In this document: in pieces, positions 38,001-48,894 of the stretch | Position numbering within the stretch: the first letter of the stretch is position 1 | How the letters are laid out: each line of letters opens with the position of its first letter | DNA from: Chiloscyllium plagiosum | Taxonomy: Eukaryota | Assembly (NCBI RefSeq): GCF_004010195.1 | Contig: NC_057717.1 | Location: 102,355,002 to 102,419,001, forward strand | Direction: 5' to 3' | Length of the DNA: 64,000 nt | Program-made: the position numbers and the translations under genes | The notes under the pieces: model-generated | Seen by the model: the letters and a program-made list of their open reading frames with translations, nothing else | Database searches by the model: none | What the model was told of the DNA's origin: nothing

Positions 38001-41000
38001 TAGCTGCCTTCCGGGCAATTTGGGATGAACAATAAATGCTGTCCAGCCCTCATCCTTTGAGTGAATTAATTGAACTTAAAAATAACATCAAATGCATTTC
38101 ACCATCCAATAGCCTTAGACGCTCCGTTTAAAAAATGTCGCAAGTCTTTCTGATGTTGCCTTCCATCCTGTGATTGCAAGATGTTCAGACCCTCCTGTAG
38201 AATGATCCTTTGTGAATGATCCTTAGCACCAAGTTCTGTAGATTCCTGCTATCCAGACTCGATGGCTCACTCCTCCTTGACCTGTCTGACCTGTAACAGT
38301 CTCCAGCCCTACGTTATACAGTTGAGCTCCAATGGCTCTCACATGGATGAATGATAAATTAGGAGTCTTCCGGCATTCTGTGACAAGTGCTACTCTTTAA
38401 AATAATGCCATAACATTTTCTAATTGGCTCCATTTCCTGGTTTTGTTTCAGTCTTAGCGGGAGTGACTCAAAAGAAACATCAGGAGGCACCACAGTTACA
38501 GCGATAAGAACTGGTAGGTCCTCATTATAAATTAACATCCATAGCACACTGGGTGTGATACTGAACGGAAAATGCTTGTTTGGAAGGTTCGCCTGGCTTG
38601 TATTTGCATTTGAGGTACAAAACCGGACACGAGTCAATCCGATTCAAGATCTCCCCTTTAAATAAATTGCCTTCCTTCTTTCCAAGTGTAGACCACAGGG
38701 TGATGTTGTTCTCTCTCCCTCCCCTGTTTCCTCTAAAGCACCACCGCAGTGCACCAGACAACGACCCCTCCAAACCAATCCAGATTACAAACGCAGCAAC
38801 AAGGAAGGAGAGTTGTTCCCTCTTGCAATGAGCAGAAGCAGCCGAAGACAGGAACAACTCCTCTCCAAGTCGAGAGCAGCTGAGATAGAAGGGTGACTCA
38901 AAGATAATGCGTACATTACTGCAGATCTATGATGAGACTAGTTTAATGAGTCAGTCAGTGGGGTACTGGCAATTACTTGTAGGTCTGCTGCAGTCTCCGA
39001 AGTGGGTCTGGACAATCAGTGGAAATGAAGATGAGTTGAGCAACGATTTTTGTCATCAGGAAATTTCATCCCTTCATAAAATTAATTGATATCATTAGGC
39101 AGCACGGTGGCCCAGTGGTTAGCACTGCTGCCTCTCAGTGCTAGGGACCTGGGTTCAATTCCAGCTGTGGGTGGCTGCCTGTGTGGAGTTTGTACATTCT
39201 CCTGTGTCTGCATGGGTTTCCTCCCACAGTGCACAGGTTAGCTGCATTGGTCATGCTAAATTGCCCATAGTGCCTAAGTTAGAAAGAAATGCAGGGTTAT
39301 AGGGCAGAGGGGGTGGGTATCCTTCACAGGGTTGGTGTGGACCTGATGGGGCAAATGGCCTGCTTCCACACTGTAGAGATTCTATAATATATCCAGCTCT
39401 CCTGCGGAATCCACCTCCACCACTCTCCCTGGCACTGCTTTGCAAATCCTAGCAACGCCCTAAGTAAAGCAGTTTCTCCTCATCTCACTCCTAGATCTCT
39501 CGCTGACAATCTTGAAATTATAATCCCTAGTTATCAGCTAGTGGAAACGACAAATGTTGGAGTCGGGCAGCATCCATGGAGAGAGAGCAAGCTAACGGTT
39601 CGAGTTGAGACTGACTCTTCATCAGAGTTGATGTGGAAGGGACAGCATTTGAGCTCTGGTTCAGCGGGGTGGTGGTGGTCAGGGTGGGGGTAGTGGGTGT
39701 TGGGTGCTGGTGGAGAAACCATTAGGTGATCGGAATGTGAGAATGGCTGAACAATGGTGTGTCTCATTGCCAGACTGGAAAGGACAGTGAGTGGAATGGG
39801 GGAGGGGAGGATATGATAACAACAAGTTTAAAATAAAGCAAGGAAACTAGGGCATAGGTTTAGGTTGAGAGGGGAAAGATATAAAAGAGATCTAAGGGGC
39901 AACTTTTTCATGCAGAGAGTGGTACGTGTATGGAATGAGCTGCCAGAGGAAGTGATGGAGGCTGGTATGATTGCAACATTTAAAAGGCATCTGGGTGGGC
40001 ATATGAATAGGAAAGTTTAGAGGGATATGGGCCAGGCAGGTGGGACTAGATTGGGTTGGGATATCTGGTCGGCATGGACAAGTTGGACTGAAGGGTCTGT
40101 TTCCGTGCTGTACATCTCTGAGTCTCTGACTCTATGACCTCAATAAGGTCACTTCACCAGCCCTTGAGGAATATAAGTTCATGGGGTTTGTGATTTTTCC
40201 TTGAGTTCCCATCTCCCTTCCATTTCCTGAATTATCCCTGCCTCTGGGATGCTACCTGTATCCCAGGTACTGGAAAACCGATGAAAAATCCCTGCTCAAT
40301 TCACCTGCCATTTCATTGTTTTCCATCATCAACAATCCTTCAAACATCACTCCAGGAATGTAACAGCCGAGGATGCTGGAGATCGGAAACAGAAATTGCT
40401 GGAGAAACTCAGTGGGGTTTATCAGCATCTGTGGGGCAAAGAATCAGCGCTTTGAGTCCAATGACTCATTGCCGGAACTTCAATAACAGTATCGTCTAAC
40501 TGGTCTCATTGTTTAGTTGAAACCCTGGCTTTGGTTCTCCCTTCAATCTCAGTGGCCCTGGTCTTGGAGAGTTGTTAGTGTCTCAGGTTGATTCTACACT
40601 TGACAAAAGGGTGCTTGTAACCCCCACCTTTTCTCTGTCAGCTGAGAATGGCATGCACTGGTGCCTGATTGCTAGTGAAATCCGTGCCAACCTCGGTCAA
40701 CCTGAGTGGAACTGGTCTCTCCTTGGAGCAAGAGGAGCCTCGGGGAGCTGAATCATAGTTTTTAAGAAACATGAAGGATTTTGTAGAAATTAAGTGAAGA
40801 GAACCTCCTTCCAGGATGCTGAGTGATGAAGATGGTCCTCAGAAGAACATTACAGAGGTTGAGGAGACATTTTTTTTAATCACTTGTGATCTGCACTGTT
40901 CTATCTGAACAGACTCAACAGTAACTTTTAAAAGGCACTTGGGCTTAGAGTTACAAGTGAGAGAGAAACAGTGAGGGAAGTGGTTCTCATTAGATTGATA

Positions 41001-41784
41001 GAGCTGGCACAAGCACTTGGGTCAAATAATGGCCTTCCACACCATATTTTCTTTTTGCTTCATAATTAAGCAGTTCTTCAATGCAAGATCATTGCAATAA
41101 TAGTGCCTTTCCCACTCAAGTAGAACCAAAAATGATAAATATTAGCAGTGTTTATTAATAATAATAGACATACGGTTACAGATCTGTCACGTATAAGAAG
41201 TGACACGGGCAAGAGAAACAGCATCAATCCTGTAAAGGAGATTTATTCTTTGAGGTTAGTGGTTGAGGAAGAAGCCATTGGGTACAATTCTTTACTCTGT
41301 CGTGCACCGCATTTCCACTGAGTTAGAATCGGACCCAATACCACGTTAACATTCAACGTTACATTGGATAGGCGGATGAAGCTCTGGAGGGATATGGAAA
41401 CCCGGGAGAGAAATGTTGTCAGAGCCGTTTGCTCCATTGCCTGGTCTGGGTACCTTCCTGATGGAGGGTCCTGCTCCTCGGAAGCTGCGCTTGCTCCAGC
41501 TCCACACTTTTGTCAACTCTTGACTCTCCTGCAAGTCCTCACTATCTCAACCCTCCTATTGCATTGCAAGCCGTCTCCGTGTAATTGAGCTGACAAAGGG
41601 ACGAGAAGCAAAGGCGAGCTGACTTGACCACCAGCGGTCCTTGACCCCCACCCCCCACCTCCCAGGATGTCCCTTCCTCCTTCGGTCCCGGTTTGCAAGC
41701 TAGTTACCAGTCATGACTGGGAGGAGTTTTGACGAGTTTCTCTCTTCTTGTTTTGCAGAAACACGCACTGTGACATCGTATTAA
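28593..41784 (+). CDS. Type I (acidic) keratin gene, 8 coding exons, 423 aa: join(28593-29027,30593-30675,31821-31977,32603-32764,34297-34422,36841-37061,38452-38513,41759-41784)
   Basis: Gly/Ser-rich head. Coil 1[21 protein letters not shown], type I signature [19 protein letters not shown], helix termination [17 protein letters not shown]. Exons 2-6 are 83/157/162/126/221 bp, the canonical type I keratin sizes. All introns are GT-AG with compatible phases; the total is 1272 nt with no internal stop. Orthology to a numbered KRT cannot be assigned by eye. Confidence 0.95.
30150..30360. mobile_element. Fold-back Penelope-derived element (GCTGGAAAAGCACAGC family) in keratin intron 1
   Basis: About 85-bp inverted arms, each with a degenerate CTGATGA...GAAA motif. 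Confidence 0.75.
30593..30675 (+). CDS. Keratin exon 2 (83 bp)
   Basis: Acceptor ttcactct[30 protein letters not shown]; donor GTACGT. Not in the ORF track in this frame. Confidence 0.95.
30820..31044. mobile_element. Fold-back Penelope-derived element in keratin intron 2 with near-intact + strand hammerhead (30958-30992)
   Basis: CAC-CTGATGA-T-GGAGC GGT GCTCC-GAAA-GC-TA-ATG. Confidence 0.75.
31052..31337 (-). mobile_element. HE1-like V-SINE (intron 2)
   Basis: Head, V-domain and tail. Confidence 0.85.
31821..31977 (+). CDS. Keratin exon 3 (157 bp)
   Basis: Acceptor aaacc[17 protein letters not shown]...LKKNHEE; donor GTAAGT. Confidence 0.96.
32071..32409 (-). mobile_element. HE1-like V-SINE (intron 3)
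   Basis: Head, V-domain and tail. Confidence 0.88.
32603..32764 (+). CDS. Keratin exon 4 (162 bp)
   Basis: Acceptor ggtttt[22 protein letters not shown]...LDNWYKLQ; donor GTATCT. Confidence 0.95.
33197..33825. repeat. (CA/CT)n microsatellite interrupted by a Penelope-derived fragment (33445-33660, hammerhead motif on minus strand ~33533-33567)
   Basis: Direct inspection. Confidence 0.85.
34297..34422 (+). CDS. Keratin exon 5 (126 bp)
   Basis: Acceptor attttca[13 protein letters not shown]...[11 protein letters not shown]; donor GTAAGT. Confidence 0.95.
35301..35335 (+). ncRNA. Near-intact hammerhead motif in keratin intron 5 (Penelope 3' end remnant)
   Basis: AGUC-CUGAAGA-A-GGGU UAC ACCU-GAAA-CG-UU-GACU; G.U instead of G-C at the base of helix II. 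Confidence 0.55.
35985..36290 (+). mobile_element. HE1-like V-SINE (intron 5)
   Basis: GGTTCGATTCC B-box and V-domain. Confidence 0.85.
36841..37061 (+). CDS. Keratin exon 6 (221 bp, helix termination motif)
   Basis: Acceptor atttgc[11 protein letters not shown]...[24 protein letters not shown]; donor GTAAAG, phase 2. Confidence 0.96.
37421..37822. mobile_element. 402-bp fold-back Penelope-derived insertion with perfect 12-bp TSD ACCTGGCTTTAA (intron 6)
   Basis: TSD at 37409-37420 and 37823-37834; inverted arms ~37421-37550 and ~37655-37782; inserted into a tRNA-SINE. Confidence 0.85.
37705..37744 (+). ncRNA. Minimal type I hammerhead ribozyme motif, sense to keratin pre-mRNA
   Basis: UCA-CUGACGA-U-GUUACC UAGUAU GGUGAC-GAAA-CG-UC-UGA; all core nucleotides present; antisense twin at 37458-37497. 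Confidence 0.72.
38452..38513 (+). CDS. Keratin exon 7 (62 bp, tail)
   Basis: Polypyrimidine acceptor ttttgtttcAG; reads (C)[20 protein letters not shown] in the required phase; donor GTAGGT. Confidence 0.8.
39098..39385 (+). mobile_element. HE1-like V-SINE (intron 7)
   Basis: GGCAGCACGGTGGCCCAGTGGTTAGCAC head. Confidence 0.85.
39845..40137 (+). mobile_element. CR1 3' fragment (intron 7)
   Basis: Close match to the copy at 730-1030. Confidence 0.85.
41759..41784 (+). CDS. Keratin exon 8 coding part ([12 protein letters not shown])
   Basis: Strong acceptor tctctcttcttgttttgcAG, phase-compatible, Thr-rich keratin-type C-terminus, TAA at 41782-41784, followed by non-repetitive UTR-like sequence and AATAAA. 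Confidence 0.75.
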
Positions 41785-42062
41785 CAGCTCCAGGCTTCAG
41801 CCCATTCCAAGACAACTCTCCCGGAATCCTGATGACTCAACCCTTCTTCCATTTCGGATAACGGATTGCACTGTTGACTTTTGTCTTTGGGTGTTTCGAC
41901 AAAACCCACCGACCCGCTCGGAAATGTAATGGTATTTTGTAACGGTGTTTCCCTCGCACTTTGGATGTGAACCTTCCATTCTGGGTTTTTAACTTTCGCT
42001 GTGGTTCTCTCTGTGTGAACGGTGTGGGGCAATCGCTTGATGGCACAGGGTGGGGAAGAATT

Positions 42063-42068
42063 AATAAA
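42063..42068 (+). terminator. Polyadenylation signal AATAAA of keratin gene
   Basis: First AATAAA after the stop codon (~280 nt downstream). Confidence 0.6.
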
Positions 42069-42656
42069 AGGGGCTTTAACCCATTCGGCAGAGTCAGCGT
42101 CGTTATTTTCAACACAGCCACCTTCTCTCAACCATACCGTTTTTTAAAAAATATAAAACATCCAGCCGTGGTCTGAAACAAAACTGGGGCCCCACTCACA
42201 GGAGACAGTACAGGAAGTGAATGGTAACGTGTCAGACAGGTTGGTTTGAACGAGGGCAGAGTGAAGTGGACCTTAGAGACAATATTTCAGAAGTCCAAGT
42301 AACTGAAGACAGTCTCCAGTGATGGCATGTTGAAACGCAGACTTCAGAGAATCGTGGGGCTGGAGGTGGTAAGAGAGGAAAAAGGAAAGGGTGCAGAGAT
42401 TACCAGGATTTGAAAACAACAACGAGACGTTGGGGGAATATCACTGTCCAATATCTTAAATTTACATTCCCACCAGTCCTCCAATGTCTCCTTGCTCTCA
42501 TTTCACTCAGCGCTGGGTCAGACAACCTCTGTACAAGCGTAGACAGGATGCTTCTTCCCGTGAGGGGGAGACAGATCTTCAATCAGTAATGGGTGGAAAG
42601 ATTATACAGAATGGGCAGGCAATGGAGTTAAGGTTCAGATAAGATCAGCCATGATT

Positions 42657-43500
42657 ATAGAGTCATAGAGATGTACAGCACAGAAACAGACCCTTCAGTC
42701 CAACTCATCCATGCAGACCAGATATCCTAAACTGATTAGTCCCATCTGCCAGCATTTGGCCCATACCTCACTATTCATATACCCATCCAAATGCCTTTTA
42801 AATGTTGCAATTGTACCGGCCTCCACCTCTTTCTCTGGCAGTTCATTCCAAACAGCTGTCACCCTCTGCATGAAAAAGTTGCTCTCAGATCCCTTTTGAA
42901 TCTCACACCTTGAACCTAGTTTCAGTTTAGTTTTGGACTCCACTCGTTAAGCGCCAAGGTCTTTTCTCCAGGTTTGATTAGTTTCCACACTGTAGGGAAA
43001 TGCATCAAACTAATCAAACCTGGAGAAAAGACTTTGTCTAGTTATCCTATCTGTGCCCCTCATGATTTTATAGATCCCTATAAGGTCACCCCTCAGCCTC
43101 CAACGCTCTGTGGAAAATAGCCCCAGCCTTTTTAGCCTCTCCCTGTAGCTCAAATCCTCCAACCCTGGCAACATCATTACAAATCTTTTCTGAACTCTTT
43201 CGTGTTTAACAACATCCTTCCAATAGGTGGGAGACCAGAATTGCACACAATATTCTAAAAGTAGCCTAACCAATGTCCTATACAGCTGCAACGTAACCTC
43301 CCAACTCCAATACTCAATACTCTGACCAATCAAGGAAAGCATACTAAATGCCTTCTTCACTATGTTACCTACCTGCGACTCTACTTTCAAGGAGCTATGA
43401 ACCTGAACTCCAAGGTCTCTTTGTTCAGCAACACTCCCGAGGCCCTTAGCATTAAGTGTGTAAGGCATGCCCTGATTTGCTTTCCCAAAATGCAACACCT
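42657..43500 (-). mobile_element. CR1 3' fragment
   Basis: VLHFGKANQG...[10 protein letters not shown]...RLRGDLIGIYKIM. Confidence 0.9.
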
Positions 43501-43780
43501 CTTGCTCCCATTTCTCCAACACAAATAAATAAAAGTTACAGCACAATAACAAACTATTGGCTTAACTGGACCATGTGCCTCTAACCTCCGTGCATACAAA
43601 TGAGCTTTACAGTTTCACATAATGTTCCCAAACTCTTTCCTCTATTTTTCTTCATACACCTTTTTGCCATCTCATTTTGAACATGGATGGCATTCCTGCC
43701 TCCAACTAGTTCTGGAAGTGAATTCCACAACTGCTACCCTGTGTGAAGATACCAGTCCTACCTCTATCAAAACCTCTTAC

Positions 43781-44545
43781 GTGGCTTACGGTGGTTCAGT
43801 TGTTAGCACTGCTGCCTCACAGCACCGCGGACCTGGGTTCGATTCCAGCCTCGGGTGACTGTCTGTGTGGAATTTGTACATTCAAGCCCCCATGTCTGCG
43901 TGGGTTTCCTCCCACAGTCCGAAGATGTGCAAGCTGGCTGGATTGGCCATGCTAAATTGCCCATGGTGTTTAGGGATGTACAGGCTTGGTGGGTTAACCA
44001 TGGGAATTACAGGGTTAATAGGTAGGTAGGTAGGTGGTGGGGTGCCCTTTGAAGGGTTGGTGTGGACTCAGTTGGCTGAATCCATACTGTTGTAGGGATT
44101 CCACAAAATAATCGACCATCCAGGGCCCCCTAAGTCTAGACCCTGTCTGTCCTGCTGTTTTATAATTTGTCACACAATCTGGTTTGTAATGAGGAAAAGC
44201 TCCTGGGTGTGTGCATATAAAATCCTGATGGGACTGGACAGGCTGGATGTGGGAAGAATGTTGGGGAATGTCCAGAACTAGGGGCCACAGTCTAAGAATA
44301 AGGGGTAAACCATTCAGCATTGAGATGAGGAAGAATTTCTTCATGCGGAGAGTTGGGAATTTGTGGAATTCTCTCCCACAGGAAGCTGTTGGGGCCAGTT
44401 CACAGCCATTGCAGCTAAAGGGATCAAGGGGTATGGGGAGAAAGCAGGAGTGGGATATTGAGATTGCACAGCCAGCCATGATCATATTGAATGGTGGGGC
44501 AGGTTCGAAGGGCCGGATGGCCTACTCCTGCACTTATTTTCTATT
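43781..44545 (+). mobile_element. V-SINE (43781-44100) followed by CR1 3' fragment (44215-44545)
   Basis: SINE head/V-domain; SRTRGHSLRI...EMRKNFF. Confidence 0.82.
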
Positions 44546-45840
44546 TTCAGCTTGCATTCCAGATCCCATGATTACTGGGAAATCCTGCCTCATATGCTCA
44601 AAGATCTGCAGGTTGAAAATTTGTCACAAAGATCTGTCATTAAAAACCCATGGCCCTGTGTATCTTGAATCTAAGGAGCGCTGATGATACCAATAGTCAG
44701 GAACATGTTGTCATCATCTTATGCTGAAGTTGAGCCTTTAAGGCAAAACCAGTTCCAAACAGTAACCCCCTCACCCACCCAAGCATAATGTTTAAAGCAC
44801 TCGCACCAACAGGTAAAATAGCACACTTCCAACAACACAGTGCAAAAGATTGGCCATTGTTAACGTGATCACTATTTAGGTTATGCACAGTGACAATGAA
44901 AACAGACATGTTGTCAGATGAGTATACTATCTGTGAGGCATGTTTTAACAGAACCAACTGGCTATAAATATATACTGGCAGATCATTACAAATTGACATT
45001 GCGGCATCAATTACTGAATTTACAATTAGATAATGGAGAAGATGTGTGCGAATAGCTAACCACAGTCTAATCTGGATCACTGAATCATCCTTTATGCCCG
45101 GCAAAGGGATGAAGCTAAAGCCATGAGCTGCCAGAAATGAGATGGTTGTGGTAAAATTGACAATTGCAGATCCCCATTTCCCAGAGCGTGTTTTAAATAA
45201 TTCCAAAGTTAGGATTACTTTGAATGTAAACCTCAATCCAGTTCATTAGGAGAAAGTGAGGACTGCAGATGCTGGAGATCAGAGTCGAGAGTGTGGTGCT
45301 GGGAAAGCACAGTAGCTCAAGCAGCATCCGAGGAGCAGGAAAATTGGCATTCCAGGCTAAGCCCTTCCTGAGGCCTGAAACGTCGATTCTCCTGCTCCTC
45401 GGATGCTGCCTGACCTGCTGTGCTTTCCCAGTGACACACTCTCCACTTTATCCAGTTCATGCCAATGCTAAATGTTCCTCTTAACCTTCCTCATTTCACT
45501 ACAGTGTACACGTTCCTCTTCCCTTCTCCCTCAGCTGCTTCCCCCTAAATGCCTCGATATTATTGGTTTCAGCTACGTCTTGCTGTCTCTGGTCGGAAAG
45601 GTTTCCGCTCAATTCCCTTGGCGATTGTCCTGATGGTTCTGGTTCAGCACACGTGACAATCTGTCCCCAGGGGGGAAGAACTGGATTCTCCTCCAGCTTC
45701 AGGAATGTTAGGGGTGGGGGTGGGGCTGGGGGGGTGTGTGGGCAGTACCCGTGCCAGTTTCATACCCAGCCCTCCACCGCTCAATCCTGGTGCTGGCCAA
45801 CAATGCCAAGGAGGGTTCAATGCATGAGCCGAGGATGTTC

Positions 45841-46120
45841 TAAAGCACCTTATGTCCGACATATCTTAGTCTCTACTGTAATGTAGGAAACATGGCAGCC
45901 ATTTTGTCAGACAGCAAACTCCCTCAATCCGATGTTGACCAGATATTCTGCTGTGTTGCGATGTTGATTGAAGGGATAAATGACACAATTGTGCTGGAGA
46001 GAAACCTCCTCCTCTTCTTCCCAAGGGGTGCGATACTGAGAGGGCAGACAGAATCAGAATTTACAGTCACATCCCAAAGGTAACACACTCCCTCAGCACT
46101 GCACCTGGCTGTCAGGCTGG
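45841..46120 (-). mobile_element. Ancient DeuSINE-like remnant
   Basis: TGTAATGTAGGAAACATGGCAGCCATTTTG...ACTCCCTCAGCACTGCAC pattern, recalled from the AmnSINE1/SacSINE1 family. Confidence 0.5.
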
Positions 46121-46669
46121 GCTTTATATCCTGTGTACAATCAACGTCATCCTTATTTCCTGAATTGGACTGGATGATGACCCTGTTTTAAAACGGGCAC
46201 GAGGAATTGAAAGAATGATGCGGATTTATGTCGTTTCTAAAAATGGAATGAGCCAGAGAGCTTCAATGGTCAAGGGTGGAGTGACGGGCATTAAGGAAAC
46301 AAAACAAATCAGATTCAGAGGAGACCTGAGATCACAGAGGTTCGGAAAACATAGGGAAACAAACTCAGAAGGGCTGGAGAAACTCGGCAGGTCTGGCAGC
46401 ATCGGTGGAGATAGAGAAAAACAGTGAACAGTTTGAGCCCGGTATAAGTCTTCTTCACAAGAAACTTCATCATGTTAACTCAGTTTTTCTCTTCATGGAG
46501 GCTGCCATAGCTGCTATGTTTCTCCAGCAATTTCTATTTTTATTTCAGATTTGAGAAAAGTCTAAGGCCAGGGCTCTGTAAATTTGGCTGAAAGTTTTAA
46601 TAGGGAGGCATTATTAGACTGGGTATGAGAGAGAACAAAGAATACAGTTCACAGAAAGCATGGAATTAA

Positions 46670-47010
46670 AGAGGTTTACAGCATGGAAACAGACTCTTCT
46701 TTCCAACCCGTCCATGCCAACCAGATATCCTAAATTAATCTAGTCCCATTTACCAGCATTTGGCTCATATCCCTCTAAACCCTTCTTATTCACATACCCA
46801 TCCAGATGCCTTTTTAATGTTGTAATTGTACCAGCCTCCACCACTTCCTCTGGCAGCTCATTCCATACACATACCACCCTCTGTGTGAAACGTTGCCCCT
46901 CAGTTCCCTTTTAAATATTTTCTCTTTCACCCTAAACCGACATCCTCTTGTTTAAAACTACCTGCCCTTGGGAAAAGACCTTGGCTATTCATTCTATCCA
47001 TGTGCCCTCC
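46670..47010 (-). mobile_element. CR1 3' fragment
   Basis: Reverse complement of the common CR1 3' UTR. Confidence 0.85.
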
Positions 47011-47914
47011 TTGTGCTTTTATAAAGTTGATGACCTTGGACTCTAAATCCAGCATGATTAAAACGTGGACAATATGTGCACTGGTAAGAGTTGTCTCTTG
47101 CGGTGCCATGTTACTGAAACACTCTTTGCCAACCCTCGTTGCCCTCTGTCCTCCAAATAAGCGATAGAATGTTCCCCCCTCCAACTCCACTGAAAGATTC
47201 AAAATTCAAGAACATTAAGGAATGTCAGATTCTTGTTGGTAGCTTTTAAACAGAGCCCAAAGTGAAGAGATCAAAACACAAGCCCAACAAGTTAAATTGC
47301 TTGTCTCCTGCTTTTCAAACTCAGCAATTATATCTGTCATTGCAGAGCTCTGTTTTAATAAAGGGATAAGTAATTGCACCCTAAAAGACCATCCCTTCTT
47401 TGGACTGGTCTCAGCTCCACCCCACACCTGCACAGCACACCCCGCAAATGATTTATTTTCTCCACAAACCTGTCTACGTTTTGTTTTGGGAGTGATTTAT
47501 ACTCTTCACCCTGAGAAATGATTTGACAGGGTAATTGTCCCAGAAGCTTTCAATACATTAAGCAAATGTGTTTGCACAAACTGGCAGGTTTACACACGCA
47601 GGGATCAATTTACATTTGCTCTGTATCTTTAACACGTTGGAGCAACACAAGATGACTCAAAGGAGTGTCATCGAGTGTCACAGGACATCATCGTACTAGT
47701 TAAGGAGGCGATAGGGCAGGTGGTCAAAACCCTGGCTAAAGATGAGGTTGGATGGGGCACCTTAAAGGGGAAAGGATTGACAGGAAAGACGAGCTGCGTT
47801 TGAGATGAGAGTTCTGGAGCACAGGGGTTGGGCCATCTGGAAGCCTAGCCATAGGAACGTGCATCGGGAAATCTCTGCGTGGCCAAAATTGGAGCAGTGG
47901 GATACAGGGTTGGA

Positions 47915-48105
47915 GGAGGCTATGGAGGTAGAGAGGCTGTGGAGATAGAGCGAGGCTGTGGAGATAGAGCGAGGCTGTGGAGATGGAGCGAGGTTGGGGA
48001 GATAGAGAGAGGCTGTGGAGAGCGAGCCCATGAAGATTGAGTGAGGCTGTAGAGATAGAGAGAGAGTGTGGAGATAGAGAAAGGCTGTGGACATAGAGAG
48101 AGGAG
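47915..48105. repeat. ~19-bp minisatellite (GAGGCTGTGGAGATAGAGC)n
   Basis: About 8-9 degenerate units. Confidence 0.85.
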
Positions 48106-48595
48106 GTTTCATGGTTGAGGAGGTGCGGGGTGGGGTGCAATTAAAAACACAAGAGGATTTTGAAAATTCAAACTCACAGATATATTCCTACACCCATGGA
48201 ATCCCTCACACACCATCATTGAGTACTTTTAAGGTGGAGGTGGATTGATTGTTGTTGGGCAAGAAAGATTATCGAGGGGTGGGTGGGAAATGTGGAATCA
48301 GAAGTCTAACCGCAGTCTGAATGAATGATGATGCGGCTGGATGGGCTGACTGGCCTGCTGCTTCTCCTCATTCAGATGTTGGTGCACCACACACAAACAC
48401 ACACACGGGCACACACCTGTGCACACACACACACGCACACATGTACACACACATGCACACACTTGTTTACTCACACCCACAGCCACTTGGTTTGAGTCTC
48501 AGGCAGAATTTGTAACATGCCTGAGTGTGTGATTGAGGAGGAGGATGGTGATGCTCTGTGAGCCACACCCTGACTGACTACTGCAGGCGGTACAG

Positions 48596-48634
48596 CTCTC
48601 CCTCTCTCTCTCTCTCTCTCTCTATGTCTCTCTC

Positions 48635-48676
<42 letters not shown>
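48596..48676. repeat. (CT)n microsatellite
   Basis: Direct inspection. Confidence 0.95.
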
Positions 48677-48679
<3 letters not shown>

Positions 48680-48894
48680 CAACAACAAGCTCAGGACACC
48701 CCCATCTCTATCTGGCAGGCACAGCAGGCCTCAGTGCTTATGGCGTCTTTGTTGGGAAAGATGACAGCAGACAAGGAGACCATGTTCGTACAGCAAGCCT
48801 GAGGGCATGAGGTGCTGCACTCAGGTGACGTTAATGCGAATTGGAGAAATCAAGGGTAGCACCACAACCTCCTGAGATATGCACCAGCAGTTAC

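Noticed and set aside
44697..45236. 179-aa minus-strand ORF in unique sequence; opposite frame contains LAPTGKIA, resembling a PIF1/RecD helicase motif
   Set aside because: Non-ATG start and no recognisable domain. The plus frame has several stops and lacks convincing further helicase motifs, so a short match is expected by chance. A frameshift-aware search against Helitron RepHel proteins would settle it.
48739..48801. Short [23 protein letters not shown] resembling keratin NEKETM
   Set aside because: Stops after 20 codons, has no LNDRL, and no downstream keratin exons were found.
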